The position numbers and the translations under genes were made by a program. A DNA stretch of 28,547 nucleotides from a virus (Duplodnaviria > Caudoviricetes), in the IMG/VR virus record IMGVR_UViG_3300021134_000023, positions 1-28,547 of that record, one strand, 5' to 3'. Below the pieces are notes generated by a model. The model saw only the letters and a list, made by a program, of their open reading frames with translations, had not been told where the DNA came from and searched no databases. Below, piece by piece: positions 7,911 to 14,078 of this stretch (positions within the stretch are counted from its first letter, which is position 1; each line of letters starts with the position of its first letter).

Positions 7911-8282
7911 ATGAGTACGACCATCATAGGACGTTTAGTAGCAGACCCGGACATTAAGTTTACCAACGCAGGCAATGCAGTTGTTAACTTTTCCGTAGCA
8001 GTAAATAGAAAGCGTGGAGAAGAAGAGTACGTTTCGTATTTCGATTGCTCAGCTTGGGGAACATTGGCTCAGGGAATTGCTGACTCACTACACAAGGGCG
8101 ACCGAGTTATCGTGAACGGCACATTGAACCAAGACCGTTATGAAAAAGATGGCAAGACCATCTCCAAGACTGTGATCAACGCAGAAGCAGTAGGTCCTGA
8201 ACTGAGATTCGCAACGGCACAGGTTTCATCTTTGCCATTCGGTTCTAAGAAGAAGGAAGAAACACCAGAAGAAGCGTTTTAA
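7911..8282 (+). CDS. ssb: Single-stranded DNA-binding protein
   Basis: 'IIGRLVADP', 'FSVAVNR', 'KGDRVIVNG', 'VGPELRFATA', acidic-Phe C-terminus. Confidence 0.95.
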   Translation: MSTTIIGRLVADPDIKFTNAGNAVVNFSVAVNRKRGEEEYVSYFDCSAWGTLAQGIADSLHKGDRVIVNGTLNQDRYEKDGKTISKTVINAEAVGPELRFATAQVSSLPFGSKKKEETPEEAF

Positions 8283-8680
8283 TGACTGACTGGGGGAGCG
8301 CTCACTGTATAGGAAAGACTAAGGTTTTCTTCAGTGACCGCTCCTCCAAGATTCAAGAAGCAAAAAAGATTTGCGAGTATTGTCCAATAAAATTTGATTG
8401 CCTACGGTGGGCATTAGTCCACCAAGAAGCTTGGGGAGTTTGGGGTGGGCTATCCTACCAAGAACTCCGTATAGTCGCCGTAACGCAAGGATACAAGCCT
8501 CCTAGTCGCTCCCAGTCACACGAGGTAGAGCATGGCACAGACAGAGGATGGGCATGGCACAGACGCCAAAAGATGAAAGATCCCACTCATGAGGCATGTC
8601 AGCCATGTATTGATGCCTACAACGCTAGCACTCGTATTCGTGTGGCTCGTTATCGTAAAAAAATAAGAAAGATAACTTGA
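8282..8680 (+). CDS. whiB: WhiB-family Fe-S transcription factor with a C-terminal His/Cys extension
   Basis: Four Cys (C...CxxC-x5-C) and 'WGVWGGLS'. Confidence 0.92.
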   Translation: MTDWGSAHCIGKTKVFFSDRSSKIQEAKKICEYCPIKFDCLRWALVHQEAWGVWGGLSYQELRIVAVTQGYKPPSRSQSHEVEHGTDRGWAWHRRQKMKDPTHEACQPCIDAYNASTRIRVARYRKKIRKIT

Positions 8681-8706
8681 CAGTAGCCCTACCGTAGGTG
8701 TAGTGT
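8677..8706 (+). promoter_or_regulatory. Putative promoter
   Basis: TTGACA-18 nt-TAGTGT. AAGGAGGG RBS before ATG 8734. Confidence 0.55.
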
Positions 8707-8733
8707 AGTGATACACCAATTAAGGAGGGTGAA

Positions 8734-8907
8734 ATGAATGAAATTAAGACATTTGGAGCAGACAATTCAGAGGTGCTTTGGTTCTCTGAAATAACTGAGG
8801 ATTTTATAGCTAGCGCTAATTTAAGTCCAGAAGAACAAGCATCATTTTTTGAGCAACTTAACGACGCAGTTATGGAAGTTTGTGACATTTGGGGGGTCGG
8901 GCTATGA
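8734..8907 (+). CDS. Small acidic hypothetical protein (57 aa, not in the ORF track)
   Basis: Strong RBS. MNEIKTFGAD...DIWGVGL. ATGA overlap with the next gene. Confidence 0.65.
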   Translation: MNEIKTFGADNSEVLWFSEITEDFIASANLSPEEQASFFEQLNDAVMEVCDIWGVGL

Positions 8908-9113
8908 GTTGGGAAAAGTATTCTTATACGTGTGACCCTGATCACTGCGACGCTTCGGTTGAGATTACGACTAAGTTGCCTATTGTTAAGCCTGAGTGCT
9001 TTTCATGCGGTAGGTTGATGAACCTTATTACTGTCAAAAATAGTGAACCTGTTATTGGTTCTGTAGAAGATTATTTGGCTTATCTTAAGGCATCGGGGGA
9101 GACAGGTATCTAA
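8904..9113 (+). CDS. Zinc-ribbon protein
   Basis: 'YSYTCDPDHC...ECFSCGRLM'. ATG 8904 is coupled to the upstream stop. Confidence 0.65.
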   Translation: MSWEKYSYTCDPDHCDASVEITTKLPIVKPECFSCGRLMNLITVKNSEPVIGSVEDYLAYLKASGETGI

Positions 9114-9376
9114 TGCTCAAGTTTGAATGGAAAGAACCGCCAATGCCGAAGGAGCAACCTAGCGACTACCGTGCCATTGCTAAAATGCTTGTTGAGAACC
9201 CTTATCAATGGGCTTTGATCCGTGTTACAAAGAACCACAGACCTTTGCCTTATTGCTTTGAAGGGGTCAGCTTTGAAAGACGTTATCGTAAAATTGATGC
9301 ACACACCTACGAAGCGTATGCTAGATTTGTAGGTGGAGATTTTCGTGGGTCATCGACCCCTGAGTCGGTCAAGTAG
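9113..9376 (+). CDS. Hypothetical phage protein
   Basis: TAATG coupling. 'AIAKMLVENPYQWA...YARFVG' resembles small actinophage proteins. Confidence 0.6.
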   Translation: MLKFEWKEPPMPKEQPSDYRAIAKMLVENPYQWALIRVTKNHRPLPYCFEGVSFERRYRKIDAHTYEAYARFVGGDFRGSSTPESVK

Positions 9377-9402
9377 ATTCCCCTTCGTCTACTGTGACCT
9401 TT

Positions 9403-9461
9403 GCCCTTGCGGGGAGTTGTCCCTCTAACTCCAATTCCCCGCAGGGGCTCCCTTATTTTTT
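9403..9461 (+). terminator. Intrinsic terminator ending the rightward block
   Basis: 17-bp stem GCCCTTGCGGGGAGTTG/CAATTCCCCGCAGGGGC followed by TCCCTTATTTTTT. Confidence 0.65.
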
Positions 9462-9466
9462 GATAA

Positions 9467-9540
9467 GCTCGGTTACGGAGTAATCAGTCCGCCTTGAATC
9501 GTGGGCGCGGTTACGGAGTAATCAGTCAGCCGTGACGTGC
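9467..9540. repeat. Tandem imperfect duplication (38/36 bp) with an identical 20-bp core CGGTTACGGAGTAATCAGTC
   Basis: Core copies at 9470-9489 and 9508-9527. Confidence 0.9.
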
Positions 9541-9554
9541 CGCAGGCACGACTG

Positions 9555-9595
9555 AAAAAAAAGCCCCCAGGTGGGTGTGAACCCACCTGAGAGCC
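9555..9595 (-). terminator. Intrinsic terminator of the minus-strand operon
   Basis: CAGGTGGGT/ACCCACCTG stem followed by T8 on the minus strand. Confidence 0.85.
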
Positions 9596-9619
9596 AGTTT
9601 TTATTAGTTACCTATAATG

Positions 9620-9814
9620 TCATTCGAACCATTTGTAAATCATGTAACTCAGAGCGCAAGTTACTGCGATCCAGATCATGATTGCGAATGGGTCGGATGT
9701 ACCTCGGTTGATTTCCCAGTTGCCCGTCCACTTATAGTGGATTTTAAGGGCAACTAGGTAACCTGTAACAACCGAGGCTAGGTGGAGCAACCAGAACTTT
9801 AGATTATTTCCCAT
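9620..9814 (-). CDS. Small 2-TM membrane protein
   Basis: GGAGG RBS and two hydrophobic segments. Last gene of the minus-strand operon. Confidence 0.65.
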   Translation of the reverse strand: MGNNLKFWLLHLASVVTGYLVALKIHYKWTGNWEINRGTSDPFAIMIWIAVTCALSYMIYKWFE

Positions 9815-10632
9815 AGTAGGTTATCCTCCATTTCTTTTGCTGTTTTCTTGCTAATGGTGGTTGAGCCGTAGCACAAGCAGTTAGCGTCTGCTTGGTCACA
9901 TTCTTGACACCAGTAGCAGTCGAAACAGAAGTCCTCAATTACTGGCACATACGATTTGCACGCTTTATTTACACAAGGCAGACTGCGGTCACTGTCAAAC
10001 ATTGCGTACTCGCTAGCCGATGGCTTGGTGTACGTGTAACCGAACGTGCTTTGTAGGTAAGACCTGTTAGAGAACCACAGGTTAGGTCGTTCCTTGTGCC
10101 AATGCCCAAGTCCTTCGCCCAAGATGAGTAGTGGAACCTCAAGCGTGGTCGATAGGATAACAACCTTAGAGCCGTTGCCTTCAACGAAACCTTCTGCAAT
10201 GTCAAAGATGTCTTGATCAGCAAGGGCGTGAACGCCACCGAGCTTGGGCAAGAAATCTTCAGCGAAGATACGTGAGTCACTTCGTGGGTCAGTCTTGGCA
10301 ATGCTGATGGGCAAAATACCGTTGTGAATCATGACAGAATCAGAGTCATCTTGGATGTTAAACGGGTGGCAACCATAAAGATTGACAGCACCATGCGTAG
10401 CGATTCGAGCATGAAAGGCATGACACATAATGTCGTCGCCGTAATGCTTGATGAACGATAGGTAACTGTCGATTGCTTCTTTGGCAACCATGGTCTTGAA
10501 CATTTCAAGTTTGCGACCATCTGGTGTCTGAATGACGAAAGCCCAACCAAATCCGTCTGGATTAGCCTGACAAGATTGCTCAAGTTCCTTACGAGTTGGG
10601 TACTGGTTAAATCCACAAATTGCAATACACAT
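9799..10632 (-). CDS. Class II (Ntn) glutamine amidotransferase
   Basis: Starting at the second Met gives Cys1 (MCIAI). 'NPDGFG', 'HARIATHG', 'HPF', 'HNG', 'SDSR'. Cys-rich C-terminus. Confidence 0.88.
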   Translation of the reverse strand: MCIAICGFNQYPTRKELEQSCQANPDGFGWAFVIQTPDGRKLEMFKTMVAKEAIDSYLSFIKHYGDDIMCHAFHARIATHGAVNLYGCHPFNIQDDSDSVMIHNGILPISIAKTDPRSDSRIFAEDFLPKLGGVHALADQDIFDIAEGFVEGNGSKVVILSTTLEVPLLILGEGLGHWHKERPNLWFSNRSYLQSTFGYTYTKPSASEYAMFDSDRSLPCVNKACKSYVPVIEDFCFDCYWCQECDQADANCLCYGSTTISKKTAKEMEDNLLWEII

Positions 10633-10634
10633 AA

Positions 10635-11831
10635 TCACACCTCCTGTGGTGTTGTAAAGTTGGCACCATCGAGAACACGACGGGCATTAGGGTAAGACCA
10701 AGCGTCGAGTGTCTGAGCGTACGTGAAGAAATTCAACGCGCCGTTCATGACATCATGGCTTGTAAGTTTTGATGTATATAGTCGAGCTGACTCCACAAAT
10801 TCGAGGTCAGCAAGCACACGGCCGAAACGTAAAGATGGTTTCCATATACGTATTTCGATAGTGTGCTCTGGACTCAAATTGATAGCGTCAAAGTGATTGC
10901 TATCATAGTTGTTTTTAGCCAACTTGACTGCGTTGCCTTGCAGACGGTCGAACCTAGCGTAGTTAGATTCACGCCCTGCAACACGTTGCCAGTCGTAAGC
11001 ATTGCGACTGAATAACATGTTGAACACAGCCATGTGGAACTCACTCTTAAATGAGTTCTTGCTGACGTGAATATGTAGTCCACAAGTCTTAGTATTCCAA
11101 GACCTCGCACCCATCTCACCAAGCTTGTCGAGAATGGTTTGAAAGTCGCTAGACAATTCTTTCCATGATTCGAGTGTGCGTGGGTGTGAGACAATCTCGA
11201 ACCCATTAGACAACGATCCATCGTATTTGAGATAGAAATTCTCTTCGTCCTCGTCCCACTCATGGAACGTGTCCGACAGCCCAGCAGTAGAAACACTGCC
11301 ACGGTTTTCTATCTCAAGTTCAATGCCCATGTATGGCACAGACGAGTGAACAGACCTGAAGTCGTCCTCGCCTGTGTCGTGAAAGATGGGCGTTGGTTTG
11401 TAACTGTAGTCATGAATGACACGTGAGCGTGGGTCGCACTCAGTGCAACGGCCACCACGCCATTCATCACAGTTATCACACCAGGTGAAGCGGTTCTCAC
11501 AACATTCATCACAGTAAGCGTCGCCCTGAACAAATGTGTAGTCCCAGTCGTCTGAACACCAACGCTTATCGCACTCCTCACAAAAGTAGGAGTCGTTCAA
11601 CATACAGTCACGACACCATTCTTTTGGATCCTCAACCTGCTGGGTGAACGTGCTGACACGTCCATTAGGCAGGGTGTAGGTTATGGTGTCATGCTTGGAT
11701 TGCATAACCGTATAACGGTTTGAAATTGGTGTTCCACCACCAGAGCGTGGGGTACGCACTAGTTTGTATTCCTCACAATGTTCACATAGGAATGTGGATT
11801 CATTGGGTACAGCCTCTAACTCTGTAGTCAT
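10635..11831 (-). CDS. Phage amidoligase (COOH-NH2 ligase) with N-terminal CxxC repeats
   Basis: 'MGIELEIE', 'KYDGSL..GFEIVSHP', 'TCGLHIHVS', 'TIEIRIW'. Several CxxC pairs at the N-terminus. AGAAAGG RBS. Confidence 0.88.
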   Translation of the reverse strand: MTTELEAVPNESTFLCEHCEEYKLVRTPRSGGGTPISNRYTVMQSKHDTITYTLPNGRVSTFTQQVEDPKEWCRDCMLNDSYFCEECDKRWCSDDWDYTFVQGDAYCDECCENRFTWCDNCDEWRGGRCTECDPRSRVIHDYSYKPTPIFHDTGEDDFRSVHSSVPYMGIELEIENRGSVSTAGLSDTFHEWDEDEENFYLKYDGSLSNGFEIVSHPRTLESWKELSSDFQTILDKLGEMGARSWNTKTCGLHIHVSKNSFKSEFHMAVFNMLFSRNAYDWQRVAGRESNYARFDRLQGNAVKLAKNNYDSNHFDAINLSPEHTIEIRIWKPSLRFGRVLADLEFVESARLYTSKLTSHDVMNGALNFFTYAQTLDAWSYPNARRVLDGANFTTPQEV

Positions 11832-12796
11832 GATGACCTTTCTGTCATGTAGCCCTCTGCTACAACTGACAGTTTATCCGAAACCAGGGCAAAACATAGG
11901 ACGAGCTACTGCACGGCCATGTTTTAATGAGGCCTTGGTCTAAGTCTTTGAAATACATGCCCTTTGCATGGATTTCTTAGACTTGAGACTTGCCGTTCGA
12001 GTTTGTCAAGACCTGGCACAGGTTACCCTGGAATCTTTGATTACACCTGGTGAGATTTTTATAAAAATTGTTGCTGTTGACAATTATTATAAAATATCGA
12101 GACAGGCGCTGGGACAAAGCCCTGATGATGTTGCTTGTCAACATCACAGTAGTTTGGGTCAGCTTTGGGGTTCTTTACAAGGCGAGACACCCTGTAGGAT
12201 TCGTGAAAATCAATGGACATGGTTTGCGTGGCATTGATTTTCGAGCGACTGTCAGTAGTAGTAGTATTATTGGTCCCAGTATCGTCGGGGCCGAAGCGGG
12301 TTTTCCGCGAGGTTTAATAGAGATAGAATCGCCGAGGCTTGGTATAAGGCATTTATTGTTCACCCGCAGATAAATGCATACCAAACGCAGGCGATCAGGC
12401 TTATGCTTAGTAGATGGCCTGTATCAGACAAGCAACCAAGACCGCTGTTGGTCTTGGCTTCGGATTGCTTGGCTGGACAATGGGAGCTTGCTACTTATAA
12501 GTAATGCTCATCAATCCTAATCCCTAATCCCTTCACTTTCATTCCATTCCCCTTGCGTTGGGTGGTTTAGTACTATAATGCAGGCCAAATCCCTCAAGGT
12601 TTGACCGGGTATCTGCCGAGGGGGTATCTAATTTATCGTTAGTTATCTAGGAAATCGTGAACTGTCATTCTCTCCAAACGATCTTGGGGCACACTTCGGC
12701 CGGGGAATGGCAGGGTAGAGAATGACGTGCTTTTTCTCTCAAAAGATTACTTCAAAAGTACTTGCTTTTAGTTACAAGTTGCCCCGCATCACCAAC

Positions 12797-13048
12797 CACA
12801 AAAAAGCTTAGAAATGCTTGTGAGCTTTGTGGGACATCCAACCCGTCATGGACACGAGGCTCGTCTGTGGCAGAGTTCTATTGCCTCGACAGTTCATCAA
12901 GTAGCTAGGCTAAAAGTGCGTGTCCGACCGAATCCCGCTCTAACCGGGTAACTCCGGCGAGTATCTTACGTACAGGGCATTTACATGCATGGCAGTAAGA
13001 CTCACACTCCGGGGCGACTTTCACGCACGACCACTCTCGTTGGTGGTA
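12797..13048 (-). ncRNA. Candidate large structured non-coding RNA (3' end uncertain)
   Basis: Downstream of a leftward promoter, no credible ORF, nested stems, and a GUAA tetraloop only on the minus strand. Confidence 0.45.
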
Positions 13049-13053
13049 TACCA

Positions 13054-13082
13054 ATACTACACCCTCATAGCTCTCAATGCAA
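13054..13082 (-). promoter_or_regulatory. Leftward sigma70/SigA promoter
   Basis: Minus strand TTGCAT-17 nt-TAGTAT. Confidence 0.6.
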
Positions 13083-13104
13083 CCTTTGTCGTAACATTTT
13101 TTAC

Positions 13105-13133
13105 TTGACAGGTGTATGGTGTGTGTATAGAAT
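13105..13133 (+). promoter_or_regulatory. Near-consensus rightward promoter
   Basis: TTGACA-17 nt-TAGAAT. Confidence 0.8.
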
Positions 13134-13139
13134 GTGTAC

Positions 13140-13219
13140 GTAGGAAAATCCTACCGCAGTACTGGACTTCCGAATCCAACACTGGCACTAAGCCCCCCAC
13201 CCGAAACTGGGGGGTTTTG
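13140..13219 (+). ncRNA. Candidate ~80-nt small RNA (two hairpins plus terminator)
   Basis: Starts 7 nt after the -10 box. GTAGGA/TCCTAC hairpin, CAGT..TGGA/TCCA..ACTG hairpin, then AGCCCCCCA/TGGGGGGTT stem with a T run. Confidence 0.55.
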
Positions 13220-13234
13220 TGCTATCCTGGGTAT

Positions 13235-13351
13235 ATGTGTTCAACTTGCGGCTGCGGCCGACCTAAAGACAAGCACGGGGAAAAGACCATCGCCGCTGCA
13301 AATAAGAAGTACGCTCCCAAGCCAAAGGCTAAGGCTCGTAAAAAGAAGTAA
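13235..13351 (+). CDS. 38-aa basic peptide with an N-terminal CxxCGC motif, probably leaderless
   Basis: MCSTCGCGRPK...KARKKK. TGnTATCCT -10 (13223-13228) ends 7 nt before the ATG. Confidence 0.6.
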   Translation: MCSTCGCGRPKDKHGEKTIAAANKKYAPKPKAKARKKK

Positions 13352-13494
13352 TGAAAAAAAAGCGGGATAGTACTGACCTCTCTACTTGGCTTTTTAATCC
13401 CAAGTACAGGCGCAGGGTCAGACGCAAGCGTCGTGGTGTAACTATCACGGTTGGCGGCCAGCCCTTCGAAGCATGGGTAAAATCCCAGTCGTAG
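13351..13494 (+). CDS. 47-aa arginine-rich peptide (not in the ORF track)
   Basis: MKKKRDSTDLSTWLFNPKYRRRVRRKRRGVTITVGGQPFEAWVKSQS. TAATG coupling. Confidence 0.5.
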   Translation: MKKKRDSTDLSTWLFNPKYRRRVRRKRRGVTITVGGQPFEAWVKSQS

Positions 13495-13572
13495 TGCAGG
13501 CTTTGCACCTTGGTGCTCAAAAATTAAAATATTTTTTTAGCGCCCCCCATGTGTTCATGCTATGCTTTTTGT

Positions 13573-13830
13573 ATGAAGAAAAACATTGCACCACACGTCA
13601 CATCACTGCTCACTGGAGCAGGAGCTGTGCTAGCCATTATCCACCCAGGCTTTAAGATCCCTGCAGGAGTTGAGGGTCTTATTGCTTCCCTATGCATATT
13701 GTCAACGACTTTTGTCCAGTCTTTGCACTTGGTCAAAAAAAGTAATCTTGACACAAACATTGCCCTTGCTAACCACTTGGTTAACCAGGCAGTTGCAAAC
13801 ATTAAAACCGATACAGCTACACCTGCGTAA
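13573..13830 (+). CDS. 2-TM membrane protein (holin-like), probably leaderless
   Basis: TGnTATGCT -10 (13561-13566) ends 7 nt before ATG 13573. Two hydrophobic helices. Confidence 0.55.
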   Translation: MKKNIAPHVTSLLTGAGAVLAIIHPGFKIPAGVEGLIASLCILSTTFVQSLHLVKKSNLDTNIALANHLVNQAVANIKTDTATPA

Positions 13831-14078
13831 TGAGCAGCGATGCTCTTGAGATTTCTCTTAAGGAATGGTTAGAAGCTAACCTTCCTAAGTTTCTCAACGG
13901 CATCAATGCTGAGTTTTTAGAAGACAACGAATGGGTTATGCCCGTCATTGAGGATTACGTCTTGGTGGTCGCAGTTAAAGACCTCCAGGACGACCTCGGT
14001 GGTTTCTTTACGTTAGGTGATTCAAACGCTAACGGTTATAGAATTAGGGGATTACTTCACGACGCTTTGTACCGATAA
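13830..14078 (+). CDS. Acidic hypothetical protein upstream of terminase
   Basis: TAATG coupling. Abuts the terminase start. Confidence 0.7.
   Translation: MSSDALEISLKEWLEANLPKFLNGINAEFLEDNEWVMPVIEDYVLVVAVKDLQDDLGGFFTLGDSNANGYRIRGLLHDALYR

Noticed and set aside
9467-9540. Mini CRISPR array linked to the Cas4-like gene
   Set aside because: Only two units, the 18-nt intervals resemble each other (tandem duplication), and no other cas genes are present.
9460-9560. tRNA-like element
   Set aside because: No T-loop (GTTCRA), D-loop or acceptor stem could be built.
11968-12384. ORFs 11968-12237 (+), 12068-12373 (+) and 12175-12384 (-)
   Set aside because: They overlap each other, lack RBS and motifs, and lie in inverted-repeat-rich DNA. 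Likely chance ORFs.
13112-13370. Track ORFs starting at 13112 and 13134
   Set aside because: The starts fall inside the promoter and the frames cross a terminator. ATG 13235 is the better start.
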